Below are positions 1 to 13,214 of a stretch of DNA of 64,000 nt, in pieces. The stretch covers positions 82,088,001 through 82,152,000 of the forward strand of contig NC_042999.1 in NCBI RefSeq assembly GCF_006345805.1. The letters are read 5' to 3'. The notes below the pieces were generated by a model, which ran no database searches, was not told the DNA's origin, and was given only the letters and a program-made list of their open reading frames with translations. The position numbers and the translations under genes were made by a program. Every line of letters starts with the position of its first letter. Positions within the stretch are counted from its first letter, which is position 1. The DNA comes from Octopus sinensis (lineage: Eukaryota).

Positions 1-519
1 CCCATTTGAAGGAAACTGAATAAATATTGGAATACGATAGCCCGTATATAGAGTATGGATACTGTGTAGTATAGATTGTCTTAATGTTTTACAGTATAAT
101 TTGTAATTAGAATACAGATATGTAGAAAAACCGTAAGTTAAGACAAAAAAACTTGCTGCATAAACAAATATATAAAATAATGAAATAGAAAATTTTGAAA
201 GGTAATTATGTAAAAGAAATAAAACATTTAATTAAACATGATAAAAAGAAAAAGTCGCCAAGAAATTAGAGATAATGTAAGCAAATATTACGATTTTGTC
301 GTGGAGATAGAATTTGTTTTTAATACATCCTTGATATGTATATGGAAGAGCGTTTCTGGAATCATTTAATTTACTTTAAATGAGATCGGACTGATTTCTC
401 GTCCTTACACTGATTTTCTTTTACCGAGATGATATAATCAGTAGATGGATTGATATAAATGACTTCCTGATCTTTCAGGGAAATGTCATACAAATCTAGG
501 TCTACTACTTTTGTTTAGT

Positions 520-1250
520 TGTACTTTAGCATAACAGATTAATGCGTATAAGGACAACTGCCCTAGCGACAATATTTCGGGAGAGATGTCACAAACAGGT
601 CTAAGAAGAGAAAGCATTATTCTTGTTTACAAATTGAAATATTTTGGACAACTAGTAAAAATAACTACTTGGTTGAAGAGAAACCGGAGTGCAAGAAGCA
701 AAAGTATTACTAAACATTTAGCTGATCTTAAATTTCTGTTGAACATCTATTATAAATATAGTAAGTACTGTAAATATTTGGCTATATTTCCTATTACCAT
801 TTGAATGACCTCACAAAATATTACGGCTAGTGTATTGTATTTATCTGAAAGACCACCATGGGGCCGAACTTCAATATAGCATTGATGAAGTGTGGCGAAA
901 TTCGCAATTCCTAGTTATGTGAAGTTATATGCATTAGTGCAAGAGGTTTTGTAAACTCTCTTATATGTGCTTTTGTTTGAGTCCTAAGGTATTTGGGTTT
1001 ATACAACGATCCCTAGATTTTGGAGAAGTTTATGAATATATCGAGTCCTTGTTTCAAATGATTTGAAAAGTGTTATTTACGGGCTCTTAATCTTTTTCTT
1101 TGTTTTTTTTTCAGGCTAAAAAGATCTGCTCCAAAAATGCTGTGTGCTTTGGTTACTGGATTAATATCCTTTGCTCTAAACTCCATTATATCGTTACCAT
1201 AAGAAAAACAGTTGAACTGTCGTCAAAAATAAAACGAACACGATTTTCTT
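520..1250 (-). mobile_element. Very degenerate CR1-like LINE relic (RT C-terminal region)
   Basis: Minus-strand frames give broken matches to CR1-type motifs (NLGIVV ~ DLGI; AILKFGPMV ~ PILEFASTVW; SLPEIL ~ WNSLPE.IV), with many stops and frameshifts. Confidence 0.35.
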
Positions 1251-1424
1251 CTTCCTCTCCTTCTTCTCTCCTTATCATCATCATCATATTCATTTATCCT
1301 TCATTATTATTCCTCCTTCCATTTTATACATCCCATTTATCGCTTCATGTAGTGCAATATAAGTAGGCGAGCGAGCTTGGCTCGCTATCATTGGTAGAGT
1401 ATCTCGGTTAGCCAAAGAATAAAA

Positions 1425-1426
<2 letters not shown>

Positions 1427-1476
<50 letters not shown>

Positions 1477-1490
1477 TCTCTCTCTTTCTC
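1427..1490. repeat. (CT)n microsatellite
   Basis: Direct reading. Confidence 0.95.
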
Positions 1491-3008
1491 TTTGAGAGTA
1501 CTTGTGAATCGAACAATAATGAGACCGATCTTGAGAGTAATTTTCATTCGGAAGAGAACTCGCGCTGCATCTATCTATTTATCGAAAGTCTGCCCAATGA
1601 CGGACCGAAAGTTGTGTGGTCTGAAACTGTTATCTCCCACGCGCAAATTTCATTGATTATTCGAAGTTATGCATGTATATATAATAACAAAACAGAGAAT
1701 AGTTATTTATTCGCAGCTATACCTAGTTACTCGTTCAGACATCAGATATACTTTATGTACCATTATATTCAAATGAATATATAAACTACAATCAGCCCAT
1801 ATATATTGTCATATTTTGTTTTGTTCTGATTATACACACCCAGAATACGAATATTTGTGCGTGTTTTGGGTGTGTGGGTGTGTGTTTTGTGTGTATGCGT
1901 GTTTTGCGCGTGTGTGTGTGTTTTACGTGGGGATAAGAAAGGGAGAAGGAGCATGTAAGGGCTAGCAAAGGTAACCAATAGATAAATAGAGAGATAAATA
2001 CGTGCACATGTGAGGCGCAAGATGTATATAGTTCTATCTTCCTCGAAAATAAATTTACTTTTCCGTTTTATAAAACGTTATAACATGTTTAATTATACTA
2101 TAAAAATACTCATTCCTTTTTTTAGTTGTTTGAAATGCCTCAGTGTTATAAAAATATCTTCAAATATAAAGGTCTGGAATTATTTTTGATGTTCTTGGAA
2201 CGGAATGCAAATAAAAAAATATATTCAATTGACCTGATGGTATTTCAAGCAAAATGCTAATCGTAATACTATAGAGACATATTATCTTTCTTGTTACATT
2301 TATTTCTTTTGCTGGTGTTGTTGTCTATTATTTTATATACCGAGATGTGACTCAAAGTTTTTTCTTTGTACGCTGACAGAATTTTGCAATTTTGTTTTCC
2401 TTTTCTTTTTGTTCCATTTCTTTGCTAATGCCAGAGGAGATTCAAAAGTTAGTGAATTGGGGATTGGTATTGCTAATTATTTTCCTGGCTCCATTTTTCA
2501 ACGCACGTGTGTAGGGCACCACACTGTGTCTAGTGTCGATTGAAATAATAATGTCAGACCAAGTTTAAATTTGTGATTATGTAGATTTAATACAAATCAT
2601 CAATTATGGATGCGGAGTTGAAAGCAAAGGCAACAAGAGAAAATGGAAACAAACAAAACAATACAAATGGCAATGAAACAGAAGCAATTATCTAAGTTTT
2701 CGTCTAAACAGGAAACGAATGTAAGTAAAATATATACTAGATATAAAAATAAACGAGACATGAAACGGATGATATGAAAACAAAACAAAAAAATAATGGT
2801 CATGTGGACATTGTTTTAGCATATATGTGTGCATGCATGTGTTTGTGTGTGTATGTATATATATATATATAACGGGAAGCTTTATGAAAATAGACAAAAG
2901 ACGTGTATGTGTGTGTATGTACATATATGTATGCATGTCTGTATATATGTCTGTCTGTATGTATGCATGCTTGCGCTATGTGTGTGTGCGTGCTTGTGTG
3001 TGCGTGCT

Positions 3009-3056
<48 letters not shown>

Positions 3057-3852
3057 GTGTGTGTGTGTGTATCAACAAAATATGTTTCGGTATTTATTGC
3101 TAGAGGGTCAACGAGAATAGTTTCCGTTATACTTTTTTAGTTAACTTTTAGCTTTGGTTAGTCCTAATAAAGCAGAATTATAGCACTCAATTAACTGTTC
3201 GACTTTTCTACTTCTACATTACAGATTTAAGAAACACTGCAACTATATCATTTATTATTTTTTTTCATAGATGAGGATTAACCGTATATTTCAACATGCA
3301 GTTTCTTTGAGCATACTGTATTCTATGGCAAACTGTATTCTATTATGCTTTTTTTCTTTTTTCTGTAGTTGCTCCATCTTTTCTTTCATGGCTGCAGATT
3401 CGGATGCTGATGTCGAAGTAATAGAATAACATGAACTAAATCAGAATACCAGATTTATTGTTGTTCTGTAATTTTACTGTTGTTCTGGATCAATTGATTA
3501 TTAACGTATATACTAATTTGGTATCTATTTCTTTGTTTTTTCTGTAGTTTTTTTTGCGTGTGAAGTGGGTTATATCAATAGTATTCTTGGAATGTATATT
3601 GTTATTATTGTACTATAAAATAAATTCATTGTTTTTTTTTGGCGAGTGATTATATATGAAGCAGAAAGGACAATCAAAGTTGCAACATGCTGTTGCAACA
3701 AATTTGTTTTGTCATATGTCAAGGTGACTATTTTTTCTTCCGTTAGGTGCAATGTATGCAGTATTTATAAAAGGTATATGTGCTATTGTATTAACTTTGG
3801 AATACCGTTGTGGTATGTTGCGGAAGAAACAGGGGTCATGAAACTCAAATGC

Positions 3853-4085
3853 AAGTGGCCCAATGGTTAGGGCACTAGGCTCAAGATCATAAGATTGTCG
3901 ATTCTAAGCCGAAAGTGAGTAGTACGCGATATCCCTGAACAGGGCATTTAACTTTATGTTGTTTCACTCTATTCAGCTGGAAATTAGTACCACTCTACTA
4001 TTATGTAACTGTATCTCACTTCAAAAGGAATATGATACATGTGAACCGGCCATACTTGTTTGCATGTGAGAGTGACAGGACACAG
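3853..4085 (+). mobile_element. tRNA-headed SINE (family C-like), degenerate
   Basis: Head gtggcccaatggttagggcac; body ccctgaacagggcatttaact resembles ccttgagcaaggcactttatt in other copies. Confidence 0.5.
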
Positions 4086-5111
4086 GACACTGAGAATTTT
4101 GGAAGGAATGGAGAAAGTTATCAGGGAAGAAATGTGACCCATATAATCACAAGAGATTGGATTCTAGTAAAAGCAGCATATGATGAATAGTTAATTTTAA
4201 ACCGATGACGAATAAAATGAAACACATAAGAGCAGAAGCAGTCATAACGACGAGGTTCCACCGAGTTTATATCTACGAAATTTTTGCTTGCAAATTTTCA
4301 CATCCACAAGACTTCGATTCCCCACAGTTAGATCGAATTAAAATCACGTTGCTCGTTCCTGTTCCAGTATTTTAGGACTGATCTAATCTATATGTTATAA
4401 ACTTGTATTGTAGATTCTTTTTGGTGGTTACCTCATGTGCGTGAGACACACAATTTCTCTTGTTTTAGAAGAGATACAATTGCGATATCACGCTTCTATC
4501 GTGAATTTTGAACCAGAAGAAGCTCAATGCATTTCCAGGTACGACTAAATCCTTTTGTGGTGGATTCGGACGATATACGCGTGTGTGTGTAAGTGAGTGT
4601 GTGTATGTATTTATATATGTGTGTGGGAGTGTGTATTTGAGAGTTCGCACACACACACACACACACTTTTTCCTCGTTGTTAATGACATTTCTAACTCTT
4701 CGCCCATGACCTCCCTCAGAAGGCCTATCAATCCCGCAGCAGATCTATGGGGTTTGAAGCATCGATGACAGACGAAATTTGTAACTCACTGCGAGTTTCC
4801 ATTTTACCACTCTTTTTTCGCCATAGTACTTTAAGTGGATGGGGTGACTAATGAAGTCGCCATAAAGAGATATCAGCGCATCACTGGATTTTAGTGATAA
4901 ACACTTGTAAAACACGACTGTCACACTCTGAGCCTCCGTGTTAGGTACCTAATAACATGGCTAAGCGAAATAACCAATAAACACGTAATACTGCAGGTTC
5001 TGCATTAGAGTATCTTTCTCTTAAAAGGATTCGGTGAGAACAGCTAGCGATCATTCACTCAATTTCATAGTCGGGAAGTCGATCATAGACACGCATATAT
5101 GTAGACAAACA

Positions 5112-5218
5112 CATATATAGGATGGGCTTCTTTCAGTTTCCATCTACAACTCCACTTCGATCGGCCCGAAGTTATAGTAGAAGACAATTGTCTAAGGTGC
5201 TATGCCCTAACACTGACC
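5112..5218 (-). mobile_element. SINE family A fragment
   Basis: Reverse complement matches tgtcttctactataac...gaaactgaaagaagccc of full copies in the window. Confidence 0.6.
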
Positions 5219-5739
5219 ACTGGTTTTTCTGTGTACAAATGCTAATATAGTTTTTCCTCATATGAACATGAGTTAGTTAATCCATACCTTAGACGTTGAA
5301 AAGTGCAACTTACACTGGATAATAGTAGATGGGAGAACCGTAGAGAAAAGGAGATGGTTCCACACTCCTGAAAACTCTGAAAATCCAGAACTAAATCCTC
5401 CTACCGGATTCCATTTAGTCATGTTCAGGGTATCATACATCCATCCATCTGTACATACATTCATACACACATACATGCAAAAATGCTTACATATATGCAT
5501 TCATACATTCGTACACATATGCATGCATACACGCATACATGCATTCATTCATGCATACATGCATGCAGAATACACACTTGAATACATGCATTCATGCATA
5601 CATACTTACATATATACATACATATATACGCACATTCACACAAACACACACACACGCATATGTGTGTGTGTGTGTGTGTGTGTGTAATATTTTTCAGTTT
5701 AGTTCCAATAAAAAAGTTTTGCATTAATCTGGTGTAACC

Positions 5740-5985
5740 TGATAATTAGGAGTAAGTACCTTGACTATTATGTCTATGGTTCCTCTGTATGCGTTACTTA
5801 CTTTTTCACTTTTGTGTATCTTAGGAATACCGTAGAATTGACTGGGTTTGCTATTGAAGTTAGTCTGCATAGGTTTAACGTTGTTTTTAGGCTTCTCATT
5901 ATTTTCTGCTGCCTGTAGTGTTGTAACTTTTCATAATATGTGGTGTCTTCTAATATGGATAGTACTAGGGTTATAAGTAAAACGT
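5740..5985 (-). mobile_element. Penelope-like element, inverted RT N-terminal fragment
   Basis: Minus strand translates to VLSILEDTTYYEKL... and FNSKPSQFYGIPKIHKSEKV, the PLE RT FYGLPKIHK motif. Confidence 0.75.
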
Positions 5986-5989
5986 GTTC

Positions 5990-7090
5990 ATTAAGACTAC
6001 TGCACTCCCTTTATCAGTCATGGGGTGCTTAGAAATAAATCTTTATTGTAATGTACTAGGAAAAATATATTCTACTTGTACATACAAAATAACTGAAAAA
6101 GGTATCTAAATGACTGCTTCATTCTTTGGCATGAAGATATAGAGAGACTTATAGAATTTCAAGCACTTCTAAATGGACTTGACATAAACATTCAATTTAC
6201 GATGGAATATGGACATCGAAACTCCCATTCCTCATTAAGAAATCCAACAACAAAACAGAAACAGACATATACTATAAGCCTACATACTCCAAACAATATC
6301 TGCCGTTCAAATCATGTCACCTAAGATACACTAGAATGAATATCTCTTACAACCTGGCAAAAAGGGTTTTATACTACAGTATTTGATACAACCACCAAGG
6401 ACACACGTCTACTTGAGCTAAAGGATACATTCATCAGCAAAACCTACCTACCATCACTAACTGATATAGGCCTTGAAGGTGCCCAACAATTCAGCATCTA
6501 CGAACTCAGGCACCCCACACTATAGAAGGATTTACAACCATAAGCCCTACCATACAAATCCACGCACAACCCCCTTCGACACCATCCTCCAGAGATGTTG
6601 TTACTAAAACGGGCCTAAGTACACTGGTCAGCAACATTAAAACCGACAGTAAAAAAATGCGGAAGACCTAACATTGAAATATATGTTTCGAACGAATCGA
6701 GGAACCGGAATTTTCCTTCAAATAGGGTCAACGATTTACAGTGAAAAACGTCTTAACATGTGCTTCGGAAAACTTTATATATATATATATATATATTAAC
6801 GTGCTCAGGGTATCGAGAACTATACATTGGTCAACCTAAAAACAGACTACGCCAGAAGATGACGGCACATAGATCCCAGATTAAAATACGTGAATACAGA
6901 TAACTGCTTGAGCGGATTAAGCGGACACATCGGTATTTGCGCCAGTAACGAACAAACCAGCTTTAGTATTTTCCCCCTCTATAAATTCATGGATAATGCA
7001 AACTATAATCTGCGCCTTAGCAAAGAAGCATATTTTATCGCAAAATATAGAACTCTTTTGAATGCATCCACCACAGATGAAACTATTGCA
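5990..7090 (+). mobile_element. Penelope-like element relic: RT C-terminal half plus GIY-YIG endonuclease
   Basis: KRYLNDCFILW (YxDD mutated to YLND, 6103-6114), LNGLDINIQFTMEY, TDIYYKPTYSKQYLPFKSCH, CASENFIY...LTCSGYRELYIGQ (GIY-YIG), FSIFPLYKF...KEAYFIAKY; several frameshifts. Confidence 0.85.
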
Positions 7091-7665
7091 AGAATATAGA
7101 ACAATTTCAACCACTACTACTACGATCACAACAGGTCAATTTTAGGTCATTTGACCATTAAAGATTCCATGAATAATCTAGTGTCACACCAATTCTGTAT
7201 TTCCTTTTCTTTCCCCTTCATCCTCTTCTTTCCCTATTCTTACTTCTCTTCTTCTACTTCTTCTTCTTCTTCTTATTATTATTATTATTATTATCATTAT
7301 TATTTTTCTTCTTTTTCTTTTCCACCTTCTTCTTCTCCTCTCTCGGCTGCTCCTGCTTAAACCATCAATTCTTTGTAGTCATAAAGCTATTTCTTCAGTT
7401 TTGTGACTACCTACCAATCATTCACAAAGGAAGAGACACAGACAGAAAGACTATGGAAATATTTACAAAACATTTCACTTGCATGTTTTGTGACAATTTA
7501 ACTGTTTTTCTTATTTTACTCTTAGTTGAAAAAGTCTAAATATCGGAAACCGGTACAAAATGTAATTCATGATAAAATTATTTTAGCATTTTCTACCTTG
7601 TCTTATTTCCCTTATCCATATCAACTGGTGTGTTAGTTTTCTACCTTCTACACACATACACATAC

Positions 7666-7698
<33 letters not shown>

Positions 7699-7760
7699 AA
7701 TATATATATACGTCACTAAAGTGAACAAGCGCACTGATCAGCACCAGCATTGCTAGAGAT

Positions 7761-7770
7761 AGATGTATGT

Positions 7771-7829
<59 letters not shown>

Positions 7830-7842
7830 ATGTATATATGTA

Positions 7843-7929
<87 letters not shown>
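7761..7929. repeat. Compound (AT)n/(GT)n microsatellite
   Basis: Direct reading; source of spurious IYIY ORFs. Confidence 0.95.
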
Positions 7930-7932
<3 letters not shown>

Positions 7933-8531
7933 GAATATTTGCCTTCAGAAAACCCAAAATGGCATGTAATGCTATGTAAGTGCTGCGGGAGGACTGTAGT
8001 TAGACCCTCGGTTCGATAATAATAATAATGCAGGTCTTGTGTGCACATGTACATATTAAGTAAAATGACACAACAAAATCGAGGCTGTTTGGAATTTATA
8101 GGGCATTTAAAGGACATTTGCAAGTCTTTCTGAGATATTAGGTATATCTCTTCAAAAGAAATGATATGAGAGGGAGATAGTAGAGTTCAATATAAGGAGT
8201 TATTTTGGAAATGAATAGATATATGAAGTATAAAGGGAAATAAGAGAATATGTGTGTACGTACACTCATAGATACACTTTCTAAAATACAGAGTTACACG
8301 ACCATCATTTTCTCGAACCAACTATTCTTCAACACAGGATTTTTTAGATACGTTTGTGCGTTTGTGCTTATTTACTTTTGCATGCGGGTGTATATAAATG
8401 TACACGTATGGGCGTATACGTATTAGGAATGTATATACAAATCATAAGCGTGTTGGGGTTTATATATACTTTCTACTCAGTTACAAAAAAACAGTAGAAT
8501 CATCTTCCAGATTGGAGAGTGTATTTGAAGA

Positions 8532-8920
8532 GCGCAGGCGTGGATTTGTGGTAAGAAGCTTGCTTCTCAACCACTCGGTTCCGGGATCAAACCCATTGCA
8601 TAGTACCTTGGTCAAGAGTCTTCTACTATAACGTCGGGCCGATCGAAGCCTTGTAGACGGAAAATGAAAGAAGTCCGTCGTATATGTGTGTCTACATTTA
8701 TGCGTGTGTGTCTGTGATCGACTCCCCGACCATGACTTGACAACTGATGTTGGTGTGCTTACATCCCTGTAACTTAGCGAGTCAGCAAAAGACCAATAGA
8801 TTAGGATTACAAAGAATAAGACTTGGTGTTCATTTCTTCGACTATAAACTTTTAAAGGTGGTATTCCATCTTGGCCGCTGTGAAAATGACTGAAACAAGT
8901 AAAAGAATAAAAGAGTAAAA
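8532..8920 (+). mobile_element. SINE family A, near full length
   Basis: tRNA-like head gcgcaggcgtgg..gtggtaagaagcttgctt, internal (TA/TG) tract, tail tgactgaaacaagtaaaaga. Confidence 0.85.
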
Positions 8921-9202
8921 AATATGTATGCATCTCTAGCCGGAAATTGTGTGAGGTTGTACGTACGTACGTACAACAGGTTACTTTGTTGATGAATGCC
9001 CCCTTACACGAGGTCATAACGAGATTTATATATTCCTTTAAAAGTGTATCTTTGTACATGGCAATGTTTTCCGGTACGTGTGTGACACAACAGATTGGAT
9101 AGAAACGAATTGCAGGATTATGACGTTTTGGTGGGAGCTCTTGTGATTGTAGTGATAAAATGAACGGTTCATTTTATTGCTAAGATTATTTATGGTAAGT
9201 AA

Positions 9203-9430
9203 GGCGGTGAGCTAACAAAATGCTTATCAGTATTTCGCCAGTCGATACATTCTGAGTTCAAATTCCACCGAGGTTGACTTTGCCTTTCACCCTTTCGGGA
9301 TCGATACATTCAGTACCAGTGAAATGCGGATCGATGCAATCGACTAATCCCCCCCCCAAAAAAAAAAATTTCTGTGCCCTTAGTAGAAAGGATTTTTTTT
9401 TTTTTTGGCAAGTTTTAGTGAAAGGAGTTT
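9203..9430 (+). mobile_element. SINE family B
   Basis: ggcggtgagct...ttctgagttcaaattccaccgaggttgactttgcctttca, shared with many copies in the window. Confidence 0.8.
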
Positions 9431-9942
9431 TTATGCTTAGCCGTTGTAGCAATTTCTAGGGTTAAAACGTATTTCAGTTTTAAATATTGTGTATGTTGAT
9501 CTTTGCAGTCGGAAAGTGTATACATACCACTTATCATTCAAAACGATCCCTTGAGCTATTTTCTTACATTTACCTGATATTTATCCATATATTCCAAAGT
9601 ACATACCTCTTTCCTTTTACAATATATACGTTACTAATTAGAATAGAGATGGCTGCTACTGTATATGATTTGCAGATATTTAGCAAGTTTGAAGCACATC
9701 CATTGCTTTCAACTGTTAACAATGAAGAACAATCTCACATTGATTGTAATATCTTACTTGTAAAAAGCTTAGACAAGCCGATAGCGGTTTCATTATATTT
9801 CGCAACTGTTGATTTTAAATTTAACACACTCTAAAGTGTTTCTTTTCTCTTTTCTTTTTTCTTTTCTCTTCTTTGTTTATATTTTGACTTCTTATTGCAA
9901 ATGTCATCTGTTGATAAATTTCCTAGATTCGTATGCATAAGT

Positions 9943-10010
<68 letters not shown>

Positions 10011-10469
10011 ATATATATATATCTAGATAGATAGATTGATAGATAAATATACAGATAGACAGATATACATATATATACATCTGTATACGTACGTGTATAC
10101 GTATGGTATTTATGTATGTACCATTGTTGTACTGAAATGATTAATTAACTAAGCTGCAATGTCTAAATTTGAAGTGTTTGATATTTTTTGATTCTATTAT
10201 AAATTTATGCATATACAGACATTTTTGTGCCTTTTATAAAATTTCGACAAATATTTCTTCTTTTAATTTTCGCTTATGTTATCTAATCTTTGTGCTTTGA
10301 AGTGTTATCGCGGGTGGAATGGAAGATATACCCGACAGACAATTAGAGATTTGTTTACGTTTGTTTTTTGGTATGGAATTTTACAGTTTGTTGAACATCG
10401 GGATTGACAGAATTTCCACTTCTGTGTCCCTCTCCCTCACTCATTCTCAATCTAAATTCCCCTCCTTAC

Positions 10470-10505
10470 GTGTGTGTGATTGCCGCCATTTTCAATGACG
10501 TCATT
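10470..10505. promoter_or_regulatory. Adjacent YY1-like motif (GCCGCCATTTT) and CRE palindrome (TGACGTCA)
   Basis: Motifs at 10482-10492 and 10496-10503 in non-repeat sequence; no functional evidence. Confidence 0.25.
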
Positions 10506-12142
10506 TATGTATGCCCTCTTTTTCCTTTCTTCAACGCCTATCATCAATATATCTATTATTGAATACGAGCCTACAAACATGCGGTAGCATTATATGTGCC
10601 CCATCGAAAAAATATTCTTTCATTAATCTATACATCATGCAAATACGATATGCACAGCTATAAACTACAAAGTCACACACACGTATATGCATGTATGCAT
10701 GCATGTATTTATATATCTATGTATCTAAATGTATTTGTATGCATCTCCGTTTGAAAGTCTGTATGTATGTATAAGCATGTTTTAATATATGCACATGTTC
10801 ATACGCATGCATCCATATATGTTTAAGTATGTATGAGTGTGAATAATTGTATGTATAACCCCACATGCGTAGACACGCCAAGGTTGAGGATTCTCGAATT
10901 AACGAAACGAAATTTTAATTAAATCTTTGATCGAAATGTTTGCAGGAAAAAGGGCAGAAAGCAATATAGGTAACAGCTAATAACAATAACAACAACTAAA
11001 ATATATCAGAATAAAAGAAAAGGAGGTAAATAAATATAACCAAATATCATACAAAAAATACGTCAATAGTGAAATGAAAGGAGAGACAAACAATAAATCG
11101 TATATAAGCAAACATTAAATAGATAAAATGGCCTTCTTTTAATTAAACAAAGATTTAAGTAACCGATTTCTATTGAGTCATGCATGTTGTTCAACCGCTG
11201 AACATTTATATGCATGTGCACACAATACAATAGTAACGTCTGTGTGTGAAACACTTCCCTCATACAGTATAGCTGTGTATGTGTAAGTACATGTTCCTGT
11301 GCGTGCGTGTGTATGTTTGTGTGCTGTATGATCGCTTTTGTGTAAGTACGTGCATGTATGTGTGTGAAAGTGATTGTGTTTGTGTGTGTAGATTCAAACG
11401 TGGATCATTGTCTATTGTTCATTTAACTGTGTAAGTGTTCACTGGATCAGTGGCATGTTTCTTTCAGAATAGGCCCATTCTAAATATGTTGCTTAATACG
11501 TACATACACAGACACCGACATGCGCACATGCATACATATACATACTCAAATATATACATATATGTACATATAATGTATTTGTTTATGTGAGTGTTTATAG
11601 ATGTATAGTGTACGTATTTGAGACTTACCTATGTCACCATAAACATATTACATACAGGTTTATAGTATAGTATTGTATTATCGACACTCGTGAACATATA
11701 AGGGATGAATATATAAGATTACACATATAAGATGTTGTTCATTCATCCAACTGCATGCATATATGGATATCAAGGTCTTTATACTGACTTCAATCTCATA
11801 TTTATTTCTATTTAAACAGACACTATGTAATGGATATTAACCGATTTGATTAAATATGTTGCATGTTCTTGAGAATGCGTCGCAAAGTCATGTTTTTCAA
11901 TTTGTCTGGTCGTTACCATATTTCCTCCTATTGGAAGTTACTGAGGATTTTATTAAAGGAGGAAGTATTGAATAATTCAATGCGTTTGGGCAAGAATGAA
12001 TGGAATTATAGCGTTACTATGGTAGGATTTTCGGAGATAGCTTACTATCATTGTAGGGTGATCGATTCTCAGATTCGAAGAATATGTGCATATAGATTGT
12101 AATAAAAGGTGAAAATAAGTCAAGTATATCTGTACTTTTGAC

Positions 12143-12596
12143 ATGTAGGTGTTGCTGTGTATTAAGAAGCTTATTTCCGCACCACATGTTTCTGGAGCAA
12201 GTATCTTTAACTATAGCTTCGGGCCGTCCATAACCTTCTGAGTGCATTCGCTAAAGGTTAAACTAAAGGAAGGCCTTCGCATATATGTACGTTTGTGCGC
12301 GTGCGTATGCGTGTATGTGTATGTGTGTGTTTGTGTGTGTATCTGAGTGTATGTGTGAGTGTGTGTGTGTACGTGAATATCTCTGAGTATATGTATCTTT
12401 GCGTAGGTGTTTGTCTCTTACAACCACTTGAAAACCGCTGTTTGTGTGTTTGCATCCCCTTAACCTAGTGGTCCGGGAAAAGTGACCGGTAGAGTAAGTA
12501 CCAGTACTGGGGTGGATTCATTCAATTGAAAATTCCTTAAAGCGGTGCTCCAGCATGGCCGTAGTTTTTATGACTGAAACAAATAAAAGATAAAAG
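12143..12596 (+). mobile_element. SINE family A, degenerate
   Basis: Head gttgctgtgtattaagaagctt; tail gcggtgctccagcatggcc...tgactgaaacaaataaaaga. Confidence 0.75.
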
Positions 12597-13098
12597 TAAT
12601 TTTATTTCACATCAGCTAGTTGATAATGCTTATGTAGAGATCAAGCAAGAGTGGATACGATGCTTTTATAAAATTTTTATTTCAAGCCTTAAAACTCAGC
12701 GATTTCTTTAGTAGATTTACTTTGTCACCCTAAACTAAAATACTAAAATCATAGATGAGTCGTTTTCATTTTATTTAGGCACAATGATATAAATTAATTA
12801 AAGGATTATGCTTATTGCATTTTATCTCCCAGAACCATGTGATTGAGAACAAGTTCCTTGCAAAACAGCCACGCATAAGAAATAAATATGAAGTTAATTG
12901 CTTAATTATCTTCCCTCCTTGTCTATATAACATTTATTTAATTTGCTAATTAATATATTACGTCAAAGAACAGTATCAACAGATCACTTCATCAGACACC
13001 ATTGCGTAAGGAAAGTGCGCATTGATCTGAATAGTGATATACACACGCACACATAACTAGATTCGCGCGTGTGTATGTATATATACATACATATATAT

Positions 13099-13157
<59 letters not shown>

Positions 13158-13181
13158 AATATATATATATATACATACATA

Positions 13182-13214
<33 letters not shown>

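Noticed and set aside
1585-1632. Hammerhead-like ccaatga-c-ggacc...ggtc-tgaaac
   Set aside because: Core is CCAATGA rather than CTGANGA, and stems I and III do not form; at best a dead relic.
5825-5858. Apparent exon (NTVELTGFAIE) with acceptor and donor
   Set aside because: Lies antisense to the Penelope FYGIPKIHK coding region; chance splice-like signals.
8481-9059. 192-aa minus-strand ORF
   Set aside because: Mostly the antisense of a SINE family A copy.
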